Origin: an uncultured Actinomycetes bacterium
GTDB taxonomy: Bacteria; Actinomycetota; Thermoleophilia; Gaiellales; Gaiellaceae
Direction: 5' to 3'
Assembly (NCBI GenBank): GCA_963809405.1
Contig: CAWEJN010000002.1
Span: forward strand, 795,175-859,174
DNA: 64,000 nucleotides
The number at the start of each line of letters is the position of its first letter. Within the stretch, counting starts at the first letter, position 1. Below are positions 18,209-26,344 of the stretch, piece after piece. The notes beneath the pieces are model-generated. The model saw only the letters and a program-made list of their open reading frames with translations. It ran no database searches and was not told where the DNA came from. Position numbers and translations under genes: made by a program.

Positions 18209-18244
18209 ATGGCAGCGATCCCGCACCTGCGGAATCGCTGCCAT
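18209..18244. repeat. 36-nt near-perfect palindrome / hairpin
   Basis: ATGGCAGCGATCCCGCA-CC-TGCGGAATCGCTGCCAT. 17-bp arms with one mismatch, in the rfbB-to-spoIID spacer. Confidence 0.7.
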
Positions 18245-18260
18245 GCGAAATCCCTGAAAT

Positions 18261-18280
18261 GCGACCGCTGTCGCGGTCGC
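18261..18280. repeat. 8-bp stem hairpin GCGACCGC-TGTC-GCGGTCGC (possible rfbB terminator on the minus strand)
   Basis: Perfect inverted repeat. On the minus strand it is followed by ATTTCAGGGATTTCG (weak U tract). Confidence 0.45.
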
Positions 18281-18368
18281 GACGCCTATGTCGTCTCGGA
18301 GCGAAACGCACGTCGGCAGCGCCTGGTGCCCCGAGTCTCTCGACCCCGGCGCTACAGCCGGAGCGAGC

Positions 18369-19367
18369 CTACTTCCAAGCGGTCTCCTCGACCGGGGCGC
18401 GCTCCTTGAGCGGCTCCCACCAGCCTCGATTGGAGGCGTACCAGTCGATCGTCTCGGCAAGCCCCTCGCGCCAGCCGTGCGCCGGCTCCCAGCCGAGCTC
18501 GCGACGGATCTTGCCCGCGTCGAGCAGGTACCGGCGATCGTGGCCGGGACGGTCGGGGACGATCGTCTTGAGCGACGCCGGCTTTCCGGTCAGCTCGAGG
18601 ACGAGATCCGCGATCTCCTCGATCGAGGCCTCGAGCCCCGACCCGACGTTGTAGGTCTCCCCCTCACGGCCTTCCCGCAGGACGAGGTCGATCGCCGCGC
18701 AGTGGTCCAGGACGTGGAGCCACTCGCGCTTGTTGGCCGTCGACGCGTACAGCGGGAGCTGCTCGTCGTCGAGAGCGTTGGTCGTGAAGAGGGGGATCAC
18801 CTTCTCCGGGAACTGGTACGCGCCGTAGTTGTTCGAGCAGTTCGTGATCGTGACCGGCAGCCCGAACGTCTCGGAGTAGGCGCGGACTGCGTGGTCGGCG
18901 CCCGCCTTCGACGCGTTGTACGGCGTCCGCGGGCGATACGGCGAGTCCTCGGTGAAGACCTCGTCCGAGTCGAGCGCGAGGTCGCCGTACACCTCGCACG
19001 TCGACACGTGGTGGAAGCGGCTCACGCCGGCTGCGCGTGACGCCTCGAGGAGGATCTGCGTCCCGAGCACGTTCGTGCGGAAGAACCGCGTCGGATCGAC
19101 GACCGCCAGGCTGTTGTGCGACTCGGCCGCGAAGTTGACGACGACGTCGACCTTCTCTCGCCCCAGCACGGCTCTGACGAGCTCGTTGTCGCCGATGTCG
19201 CCCTGGACGAACACGATCCGGTCCTCGACGTCCGCGAGGTTCGCCCGGTTCCCTGCATACGTGAGCAGGTCGTAGGCGACGACGTGGTCGTCCGGGTAGC
19301 GCTCGAGCCAGTAGTGGACGAAGTTGGAGCCGATGAACCCGGCTCCGCCGGTGACGAGCAGCCTCAT
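18369..19367 (-). CDS. rfbB: dTDP-glucose 4,6-dehydratase
   Basis: 332 aa. Contains LVTGGAGFIGSNF, the YNASKAGADH (YxxxK) motif and PLYASTANKREWLHV. Confidence 0.92.
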   Translation of the reverse strand: MRLLVTGGAGFIGSNFVHYWLERYPDDHVVAYDLLTYAGNRANLADVEDRIVFVQGDIGDNELVRAVLGREKVDVVVNFAAESHNSLAVVDPTRFFRTNVLGTQILLEASRAAGVSRFHHVSTCEVYGDLALDSDEVFTEDSPYRPRTPYNASKAGADHAVRAYSETFGLPVTITNCSNNYGAYQFPEKVIPLFTTNALDDEQLPLYASTANKREWLHVLDHCAAIDLVLREGREGETYNVGSGLEASIEEIADLVLELTGKPASLKTIVPDRPGHDRRYLLDAGKIRRELGWEPAHGWREGLAETIDWYASNRGWWEPLKERAPVEETAWK

Positions 19368-19380
19368 TGCGGCAGGAAGG

Positions 19381-20226
19381 CTAGCGGCCCGTCTCGGCGA
19401 GGCACGCGACCAGGCCGTCGCGCCAGTGGGGGAGGACGGGCGCGCCCTCCCGTTCGCTCCGGAGCACGGCGTACGCCGGCCGTGGTGCGGGTCGCCCGAG
19501 CTCGTCGGTCGTGATGCGGCGCACCTGGCACTCGATCCCCGCCTCCTCGTAGATGGCCTCCGCGAAATCGGCCCAGGTGCAGTCTCCGTCCGCGGCCAGA
19601 TGCCAGGGCCCCCGCGGAAGGTCCTCGTCTACGAGCTCGCGCACCGCCGCGGAGAGATGGCCAACGAAGGTGGGGCACCCTCGCTGGTCGTCGACGACTG
19701 CAACCTCGTCCCGCTCCTGTCCGACTCGGAGCATCGTCCGGACGAAGTTGTGGCCTGTCGGTCCGAAGAGCCAGGATGTGCGCACGATCCAGGCGTCGCC
19801 GGCGACCGCCTCTCCGTGGAGCTTCGAGCGGCCGTAGGCGGAGAGCGGGTTCGGCCCGTCCGACTCGACGTACGGGGTGTGCTTGCTGCCGTCGAACACG
19901 TAGTCGGTGGAGAAGACGACGAGCGGGACGCCGAGCGCGGCGACGTTCGCCGTCCCGCCCACGTTCACGGCCGTCGCGCCCTGCGGATCCGCCTCGGCGC
20001 CGTCGACGTCGGTCCAGGCGGCCGCGTGCAGCACGAGGTCGAAGTCGCGCTCCCGGAGAGCGTCGCTCGCCGGGTACGCGACGTCCCAGTCCTCGTGGCC
20101 GAGGGCGACGACGTCCTCGGTCGCGAAGGTCGCCGCCAGCGCCTGCCCGAGCTGGCCCCCCGCGCCGGTGATCAGGACGCGGCGCCGGCGTCCCGTGTCG
20201 ACAGGATCGGGGTGGTCGTCTTCCAC
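19381..20226 (-). CDS. rfbD: dTDP-4-dehydrorhamnose reductase
   Basis: Contains VLITGAGGQLG, STDYVFDG and YGRSKLHGE. The GTG start at 20226 would overlap rfbC by 55 nt, so the exact start is uncertain. Confidence 0.85.
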   Translation of the reverse strand: MEDDHPDPVDTGRRRRVLITGAGGQLGQALAATFATEDVVALGHEDWDVAYPASDALRERDFDLVLHAAAWTDVDGAEADPQGATAVNVGGTANVAALGVPLVVFSTDYVFDGSKHTPYVESDGPNPLSAYGRSKLHGEAVAGDAWIVRTSWLFGPTGHNFVRTMLRVGQERDEVAVVDDQRGCPTFVGHLSAAVRELVDEDLPRGPWHLAADGDCTWADFAEAIYEEAGIECQVRRITTDELGRPAPRPAYAVLRSEREGAPVLPHWRDGLVACLAETGR

Positions 20227-20639
20227 AGGTGCGCGACGCGCGGGTCGTTCCAGGGGATCGTCTGCTCGTCCGGGTCAGCCGGGTCGTACTCGTGCGTGAC
20301 GTGGTAACAGAAGAGGACGTCCGTCAGCGCCTCGTAGCCGTGCGCGTGGTGGCCGGGGATGAAGATCGCGACGGGGTTCTCATCCCCGATGTCCTCCGTG
20401 AACGTCTCGCCCGTCCCACGGTCGAGGACGACGACACGCGCGGAGCCTCGCAGGCACGCAAACAGGTCGGACTGGCCGCGCTCGTGGTAGTGAAGACCGC
20501 GAACCACTCCCGCCTTCGAGAAGGACAGGTTCGTCTGCGTCATCCGCTGAGGAAGTGCGCTGTCGCGGCGCAGCTCGCTGAACCAGCCGCGCTCGTCCTC
20601 GTACTTCTGGAACGGGAGCCGGAAGACGCCCTCGATCAC
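20172..20639 (-). CDS. rfbC: dTDP-4-dehydrorhamnose 3,5-epimerase
   Basis: GTG 20639 overlaps the rfbA stop (GTGA). Cupin with DERGWFSE, RGLHYH and PGHHAHGYEAL. Confidence 0.88.
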   Translation of the reverse strand: MIEGVFRLPFQKYEDERGWFSELRRDSALPQRMTQTNLSFSKAGVVRGLHYHERGQSDLFACLRGSARVVVLDRGTGETFTEDIGDENPVAIFIPGHHAHGYEALTDVLFCYHVTHEYDPADPDEQTIPWNDPRVAHLWKTTTPILSTRDAGAAS

Positions 20640-21430
20640 GGCAGCTCGACCTTGTTGACGCCGGTCTCGTCGATGCGGCGCCCGATGTCGCCGAGGTGCT
20701 GCCAGTGCTTCCCGGCGTCCTCCCACCAACCCTCCACCCGGTACGCGTCGAGCCGGCCGTGGAGCGCGTAGTAGCGGTTGACGTCCGAGATCTCGAGCTC
20801 CCCACGGCTCGAGGGCTCGAGCATGCCGATCACCGAGAAGACGTCCGGCGGGTAGCAGTAGAGGCCGACGACCGCGTGGGCGGACGGCGGCTCCGAGAAG
20901 CGGTTGTCGACGACTCCGGCCTTCTCGACGATGTCGACGACGCGAGCGTTCTCGTCGTACACGACGACGCCGAAGTTCTCGGGGTCCGGGACCTCCTTGA
21001 CGAAGATGCGCGCCCCCGAGGGCCGGTTTGCCCACTCCGCGATCGCGTCGGTCTGCGAGAACTCGAAGATGTTGTCGCCGAGGACCACGACGAGCGGCGC
21101 GCCCCCGGCGAAGTCCTGGGCCATGCCCACGACCTGCGCGATGCCGCCCGGCTCGGTCTGCACCTTGTAGGTGAGATCGAGCTCCAGGATCGGGTCGCCT
21201 CCGCCACGCGGAGCGAGCCAGCCGTCGCCGAGCAGGTCGATCATCTGCCCTGCGTGGCCCTTCCCCGTGACGAGCAGTACGTCCCGGATCCCCGCCAGCT
21301 GGAGGAGCTGGAGCGGGTAGTAGATCATCGGCCAGTGGCCGACCGGCAGCAGGTGCTTGTTCGCGACGCGGGTGAGCTCGCCGAGACGCGTCGCTTCCCC
21401 TCCGGCGCAGATCAGGCCCTTCGGCTTCAC
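20636..21430 (-). CDS. rfbA: glucose-1-phosphate thymidylyl/nucleotidyltransferase
   Basis: 264 aa. Contains GLICAGGEATRLGELT, KHLLPV, EPGGIAQ and LGDNIF. First gene of an rfbA-C-D-B arrangement. Confidence 0.85.
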   Translation of the reverse strand: MKPKGLICAGGEATRLGELTRVANKHLLPVGHWPMIYYPLQLLQLAGIRDVLLVTGKGHAGQMIDLLGDGWLAPRGGGDPILELDLTYKVQTEPGGIAQVVGMAQDFAGGAPLVVVLGDNIFEFSQTDAIAEWANRPSGARIFVKEVPDPENFGVVVYDENARVVDIVEKAGVVDNRFSEPPSAHAVVGLYCYPPDVFSVIGMLEPSSRGELEISDVNRYYALHGRLDAYRVEGWWEDAGKHWQHLGDIGRRIDETGVNKVELP

Positions 21431-21455
21431 GTGCCGGATGCTAAACGCAGAGCGG

Positions 21456-21647
21456 TCAGGCGCCCGAGCGGCGAGGGCGCGACGCCCGGAAGGCGGCCTT
21501 GCGCCTCTTCACGCCGGGCACCGCGCGTACGGCGGCAAACCAGACGTACACGAACGCCCCGATCGCAGACACGAGGATCGCGAGCAAGCGCTTCGGATTC
21601 GTGACGAGGAACAGTGCCGCACGCACCCGACGGACAGTAGCCGACAT
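21456..21647 (-). CDS. possible small single-TM protein (63 aa)
   Basis: ATG 21647. Hydrophobic core LLAILVSAIGAFVYVWFAAV flanked by basic tails. G/C-rich third codon positions. Lies 25 nt upstream of rfbA. No recognisable family. Confidence 0.3.
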   Translation of the reverse strand: MSATVRRVRAALFLVTNPKRLLAILVSAIGAFVYVWFAAVRAVPGVKRRKAAFRASRPRRSGA

Positions 21648-21684
21648 ACTTCCGAGTAGTCGAAGCAAAAAGGGTGGTGAAGGC

Positions 21685-22173
21685 ATGGCGAAGACCAAGG
21701 GCAACGAGCTCGTCGCACTGGAGACGTTGCGCCCGTACGTCACGAGGGCGATGACGGATCCCGAGCTGCGCGACGACCTCCTCGCCGCGTTCGTCGCGGC
21801 GCGCAGCCTCTACGGCCAGGTCGCGAAGCGGCAGGGGATGAAGGCGAAGGCCGCCAAGGTCTCCGAGAAGGACTTCCAGGAGCAGATCGCCGATCTCGTC
21901 TCCGAGCTCTCGACCGCGTCGGAGCGCCTGCAGGGCAAGGCGCAGAAGAAGTCGCACAAGGCCCGCAACCGCGTGATCCTCCTCACCGGGGTGACGCTCG
22001 GCGTCCTCTACAACCCGTGGACGGGCGAGGCGACCCGTGAGTGGATCATGGAGCGGGTCGCGGGCGGCAACGGCGACGGGCTCGACATGCTCGCCGACGA
22101 GCTCGCGGCCGAGGGCGTCGCGCCGGGGAACGGCAGCGCGCCGGCCGACGCGCCGATCAGCGACACGGAGTAG
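21685..22173 (+). CDS. hypothetical protein with one C-terminal-half TM segment
   Basis: ATG 21685 preceded by AGGGTGGTGAAGG. Helical, K/E-rich N-terminal part, then VILLTGVTLGVLY. No family recognised. Confidence 0.55.
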   Translation: MAKTKGNELVALETLRPYVTRAMTDPELRDDLLAAFVAARSLYGQVAKRQGMKAKAAKVSEKDFQEQIADLVSELSTASERLQGKAQKKSHKARNRVILLTGVTLGVLYNPWTGEATREWIMERVAGGNGDGLDMLADELAAEGVAPGNGSAPADAPISDTE

Positions 22174-22179
22174 ACCGAA

Positions 22180-23595
22180 TCAGGGCGTGGTGTGCCGGGA
22201 GAGCGCCTTCTCGAGCGCTCCCGGCACCAGCCCGCTCGTGGACGCGATGTCGTCCGCCTCGAGGAGCACGGCTCCCGGCGGAGGCAGCGAGGGCAGGCCG
22301 GTCCCGCCCGACGGGACGTAGACGCGCCCGGACGCAAAGGAGATGTCCTTCGCCCGGTGCCAGGCGACGAGGAACGGGTACGGGGCGACGACGCCGTTGT
22401 AGCCGAGCCCGATCATCGCGGCGGGGTGGATCTCGAAGTGGAGATGCGGCGGACCGCCGTCCGCGTCCCCCGTCGCGCCGACGAAACCGATGACGTCGCC
22501 CGCCTTGACGCTCTGGCCCTCGACGGCGAGCGGCGAGTACGCGGAGAGGTGCGCGTAGTAGAACTGGTTCCCGGACCTGTCCCGGAGCCAGAGCCGGTAG
22601 CCGCCGATGCGGTTCCAGCCGATCGAGTAGAGCGTCCCGTCGGCGACCGCGAGGATGGGAGCCCCGAACGGCGCGAAGATGTCCTCACCGTGGTGCCAGC
22701 CGCCCTGGACGTCGGGCCGCGGCGCTCCGAAGCTGTCGCCGAAGGAGACGGTCCCGAAGATGGGAAACACGTAGCCGCCGACGGTGAGCGGGGCGGTCAC
22801 TGCGGGTGAGACGTGCACCGGCCCGCCAGGGATCGTCCCGCCCGGGCTCTCGAGCTCCGGGGGCCGCGGACTGTTGATCCCCCCGGACGCGTTCGGCGTG
22901 GAGCCCCCGACCTGGGCGCCGTGCGGGGTCGCGACGGGGCCGGCCGACGGCACCGCAACGGCCGTCGCGTCTGCGCTCCCGATGACGATCTCGCTACCCG
23001 CCGGGAGGCCGCCGTGCGCAACCGAGAGCCTGACCCGCAGGGCAACGACGTTGCCGTGTGCGGCAGGCGAGCGGCCTCGCCTGCTCTCGGTGGAGCGCGA
23101 GAGCACCTGGAGCGATCCCCAGTCGGCGAGCGACGCTGTCGTCCCGGGCGTCGTCGAGACGTCCTGGCCGAGTGCCCGAAGCCCCTGGACGCTCGAGCCG
23201 GACACGTCCACGCCCGCGGAACGCGGACTCGCTCCCGCACTCACCTGAGCCGTGATCTGCCCGGCCACGACCTCTCCACCGAAGAGCGAGACGACGCTCG
23301 CCTGGGAGACCGACTGCGCCGCGGCAGCGCGACCCGTCTGCGCCGAGACGTTCGTCTGCGAGCCCGAGATGCTGACGATCGAGCCGTCGTTGGGGTAGAC
23401 GAAGGACTGGACGTTCGCGCTCACCTTCGACGGCCACTCGACGTCGCCGAGCGAGACGGTGCTCTGATCGGGGACGTCGATCTCGACGATCGTCGCCGAG
23501 GCGCCCGTGCTGGCGTCCCTCGGCGGAGCCGCGGCCGCTGCGAGGGTGGCCGACACGGCGAGAGCCGCGCAGGCGAGCGCGACGAGACGTGTCAC
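22180..23595 (-). CDS. secreted M23-family (LytM-type) metallopeptidase
   Basis: GTG 23595 overlaps the upstream stop (GTGA). Signal peptide present. C-terminal HHGEDIFA ... GATGDADGGPPHLHFEI (HxxxD / HxH zinc motifs). Confidence 0.85.
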   Translation of the reverse strand: MTRLVALACAALAVSATLAAAAAPPRDASTGASATIVEIDVPDQSTVSLGDVEWPSKVSANVQSFVYPNDGSIVSISGSQTNVSAQTGRAAAAQSVSQASVVSLFGGEVVAGQITAQVSAGASPRSAGVDVSGSSVQGLRALGQDVSTTPGTTASLADWGSLQVLSRSTESRRGRSPAAHGNVVALRVRLSVAHGGLPAGSEIVIGSADATAVAVPSAGPVATPHGAQVGGSTPNASGGINSPRPPELESPGGTIPGGPVHVSPAVTAPLTVGGYVFPIFGTVSFGDSFGAPRPDVQGGWHHGEDIFAPFGAPILAVADGTLYSIGWNRIGGYRLWLRDRSGNQFYYAHLSAYSPLAVEGQSVKAGDVIGFVGATGDADGGPPHLHFEIHPAAMIGLGYNGVVAPYPFLVAWHRAKDISFASGRVYVPSGGTGLPSLPPPGAVLLEADDIASTSGLVPGALEKALSRHTTP

Positions 23596-23981
23596 GGCGA
23601 ATCAGGGTAGCGCCTGCTCTTCGAGTACGCCCGGAACGCGAGCTGCGCGGCGACGAGGAAGAGCAGGACGCCGAAGAGATGCCTCAAGAGACTCTCGGAG
23701 ATCCCGGTGGCGATCCTGGCCCCCACCTCGACCCCCACGACCGAGGCCAGACCCATGACGAGAGCGATGCGGGGGCGGAGATGACCATACCGATGCTGGT
23801 TCCAGGCCCCCGCTGCGACCGTCGGGATGATCGCGAGGAGCGAGGTCGCCTGCGCCTCGAGCTGGCCCAGCCCGAGCACGAGAAGTGTGGGCACGAACAG
23901 GATCCCGCCCCCCACGCCGAACAGCCCCGAGAGAACGCCTGCGGCAAGGCCGAGGGCGAGTGCGAGCACGATCGTCGTCAC
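23592..23981 (-). CDS. half-size TauE/SafE (DUF81) family membrane protein, second half
   Basis: 129 aa, about 4 TM, with the GLFGVGGGILFVP signature. GTG start lies 1 nt after the stop of the preceding half-size gene. Confidence 0.7.
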   Translation of the reverse strand: MTTIVLALALGLAAGVLSGLFGVGGGILFVPTLLVLGLGQLEAQATSLLAIIPTVAAGAWNQHRYGHLRPRIALVMGLASVVGVEVGARIATGISESLLRHLFGVLLFLVAAQLAFRAYSKSRRYPDSP

Positions 23982-23982
23982 G

Positions 23983-24327
23983 TCAGGGCCAGACCAGCCA
24001 GGTCCCGATGCCGAGGAGGAGCGCGGCGAAGCCGTAGGTCAGCGTCGTCGTCGTGACGCGCTGCTGGAGCGTCGTCCCGAACAGCGCCCCGCACACTGCC
24101 GGGATCCCCACGAGCGCCGCATAGCCGACGTCCACCTCGCCGCGGAGCGAGTACACGGTGACGCCGGCGAGCGCGGTGATCCCGATTGCTCCCAGCGAGG
24201 TCGCTGTCGCAGCCCGCTCCGGGACGTGCGCGATCAGGATCAGCATCGGGACGGCGACGATCCCGCCGCCGACCCCGAAGAGCGCCGAGAACAGCCCGGC
24301 GACGAGGCCGATGACGACGACGCGCAC
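23983..24327 (-). CDS. half-size TauE/SafE (DUF81) family membrane protein, first half
   Basis: 114 aa, about 4 TM, with the ALFGVGGGIVAVP signature. Confidence 0.7.
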   Translation of the reverse strand: MRVVVIGLVAGLFSALFGVGGGIVAVPMLILIAHVPERAATATSLGAIGITALAGVTVYSLRGEVDVGYAALVGIPAVCGALFGTTLQQRVTTTTLTYGFAALLLGIGTWLVWP

Positions 24328-24344
24328 CGTCCTATCCTACGAAG

Positions 24345-25040
24345 GTGACCCGTCGGGTCTGGATCGCCGGGCTTGTTGTCGCGGCCGCACTGCCCTCGGT
24401 CGCGACGGCCGGCGCAGGTGCGCCGTCGCTCCCCGTCTCGCCCTACTATCTCGCCCGCGGTGATCCCCGCGCGTGCCCGTCGCCGGCGTGCGGCGGGCTC
24501 TTTCTCCACCTCGTGAACCGCTCGCGGACGGTCTGCAGAGACGGGATGCGGCGACCTGCCTGCTACGTCGCGTCGGCCGACCTGAGCAAGCTCGGCGTGT
24601 CCGACTCGAGGCGCTCGCAGCTCGTGGCAGCGATCTCCGCGGGCCGGGCGCTCGTCCGTGGCATGGTCGTTCGCGGACGCGTACCCGGCTTCCCGCAGCT
24701 CGACACGCTCGTCGTGACCGAGGTGTGGCCGGCGTCACGCTCCACTCAGGACCCGACCGGAACCTTTCGCCGGCTGCGCGACAACGGGATCCGCTGTATC
24801 GCCGCCCCGTGCTTCTCGACGGACGCGCTGACGCTCAACCCGAGGCGCGCCGGAACGAGGGTGACGGTCTCCGCCGTGCAGGCCAGTGGGTCGGTCGAAC
24901 CCGAGTTGCAGCGTGCAGCGAAGCTGATCGCTGCGGGCGGCGTGATCGCCGCGGGGAGGATCGTGGCCGTCCCGCGCGCCGGTCCGGCCGGCACCGGTCG
25001 AGCCTTCGTCATCTCTCAGCTCTACACGCGGACGGCGTAG
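24345..25040 (+). CDS. secreted Cys-containing hypothetical protein
   Basis: GTG 24345. Signal peptide (VWIAGLVVAAALPSVATAGA). Six Cys in CPSPACGG / CRDG..RPACY / CIAAPC contexts. No family recognised with confidence. Confidence 0.6.
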   Translation: MTRRVWIAGLVVAAALPSVATAGAGAPSLPVSPYYLARGDPRACPSPACGGLFLHLVNRSRTVCRDGMRRPACYVASADLSKLGVSDSRRSQLVAAISAGRALVRGMVVRGRVPGFPQLDTLVVTEVWPASRSTQDPTGTFRRLRDNGIRCIAAPCFSTDALTLNPRRAGTRVTVSAVQASGSVEPELQRAAKLIAAGGVIAAGRIVAVPRAGPAGTGRAFVISQLYTRTA

Positions 25041-26344
25041 AGCGAGGCCGCCTCGCGGCGGAGCACATCCCACGCCAGCCGCACGTCGTCCTCGGTCGTG
25101 CGGAAGTTGCCGATCGCGAGCCGCAGCGCGTAGCGGCCACCGAGGCGTGCGTGCGAGAGGAAGACCTCACCCGATGCGTTGATGCGCTCCAGGAGCGCCT
25201 CGTTCTCCTCGTCCGAGCCCTCCAGCCGGAAGCAGACGAGTGAGAAGTGACGTGGCGCGAGCACCTCCCAGCCCGGCTCCTGGCGCACCCACTCCTCGAA
25301 CAGCGCCGCGAGCCTCATATGCTCGCGGAGCTTCTCCTGCAGCCCCGTGCGACCGAAGCAGCGGAGCACCGCCCAGAGCTTGAGCGCCCTGAACCGCCGC
25401 CCGAGCGCCTGCGTGTACTCGCTCAGGCTGACGACGTCCTCGTCGACGCGAAGGTACTCGGGCACGAGGCTGAATGCGTTGCGGTAGACGTCCGGCCGCC
25501 GCGTCCAGAGCACCGAGCTGTCGATCGGCGTGCCCAGCCACTTGTGCGGATTGACGACGATCGAGTCGGCGCGCTCCCACCCTTCGAAGTGATGCCGGAG
25601 CTCCGGGCAGATCGCCGCCGACCCGGCGTACGCAGCGTCGACGTGGAGCCAGACATCGCGCTCGGCACACGCATCCGCGATCCGAGACACGGGGTCGATC
25701 GCGGTGGACGCGGTCGTCCCGATCGTCGCCACGACCGCGCAGGCGCCGTCGAGATCGAGGAGCTCCGGTCGCATCCGGAAGTCGTCGTCGACCGGAACCT
25801 TGCGCACCTCGAGCTCGAGGAGCTTCGCGGCCTTGTCCACCGACGAGTGAGCCTGCTCCGAGATCACGACGGCGCGGTCGGACGGGCGAAGCGAGCGGGC
25901 GACTGCGAGCGAGACGAGCGTGCTCGTCGAGGCGGTGTCCTCGAGGTGCCCGTGCAAGCCGGCCGGAAGGCCGAGGAGCTGCGCGAGCCAGTCGAGCGTG
26001 ACCTCCTCGAGCTCCTGCAGGGCCGGTGAGGTCCGCCACAGGATCCCGAGCTGGTTGAGCCCCGCGATGAGGAGCTCCGCGAGGATGCCCGGCTCCGAGC
26101 CGGTGATCGCGAAGTACGCGAACCAGCGCGGGCTCTGCGAGTGCGTGAGCCCCGACATGAGCACCGTGTCGAGGTCGTCGAGGATCGCGGAGAACGGCTC
26201 GGGCTCTTCGGGCGGCGACGCGGGGAGCGCGGCGCGGATCGCGCCCGGCTCGACCTGCGAGAGCACCGGGAGCTCTGGCACGCGCTCGAGGTACGACGCG
26301 ACCCAGTCGAGCGTCGCCGCCCCGTCCTCGCGGAAGCTGCTCAT
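25022..26344 (-). CDS. PLP-dependent group II decarboxylase (aromatic-L-amino-acid / tyrosine decarboxylase-like)
   Basis: ATG 26344 overlaps the polX stop (ATGA). Contains SPRWFAYF, HVDAAYAGSA and the PLP-lysine motif VVNPHKWLGTP. Confidence 0.85.
   Translation of the reverse strand: MSSFREDGAATLDWVASYLERVPELPVLSQVEPGAIRAALPASPPEEPEPFSAILDDLDTVLMSGLTHSQSPRWFAYFAITGSEPGILAELLIAGLNQLGILWRTSPALQELEEVTLDWLAQLLGLPAGLHGHLEDTASTSTLVSLAVARSLRPSDRAVVISEQAHSSVDKAAKLLELEVRKVPVDDDFRMRPELLDLDGACAVVATIGTTASTAIDPVSRIADACAERDVWLHVDAAYAGSAAICPELRHHFEGWERADSIVVNPHKWLGTPIDSSVLWTRRPDVYRNAFSLVPEYLRVDEDVVSLSEYTQALGRRFRALKLWAVLRCFGRTGLQEKLREHMRLAALFEEWVRQEPGWEVLAPRHFSLVCFRLEGSDEENEALLERINASGEVFLSHARLGGRYALRLAIGNFRTTEDDVRLAWDVLRREAASLYAVRV

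Noticed and set aside
18196-18460. Short ORFs on both strands beginning MAAIP... across the 36-nt palindrome
   Set aside because: The mirrored peptide starts are a by-product of the palindrome. The composition is not protein-like and there is no RBS.
20221-20231. TTCCACAGGTG identical to the DnaA-box context upstream of dnaA, inside rfbD; similar CCTGTGGAC inside yidC (about 61367) and rsmG (about 62669)
   Set aside because: By my estimate a single 11-mer repeat is expected by chance in 64 kb. The coding-region hits simply encode Leu-Trp-Thr (CTG TGG AC). Only the intergenic clusters are reported.
21427-21957. 176-aa minus-strand ORF upstream of rfbA
   Set aside because: It overlaps the better-supported plus-strand gene 21685-22173 and is Arg/Leu-rich. 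Only the short 63-aa membrane-like ORF (21456-21647) in another frame was kept, at low confidence.
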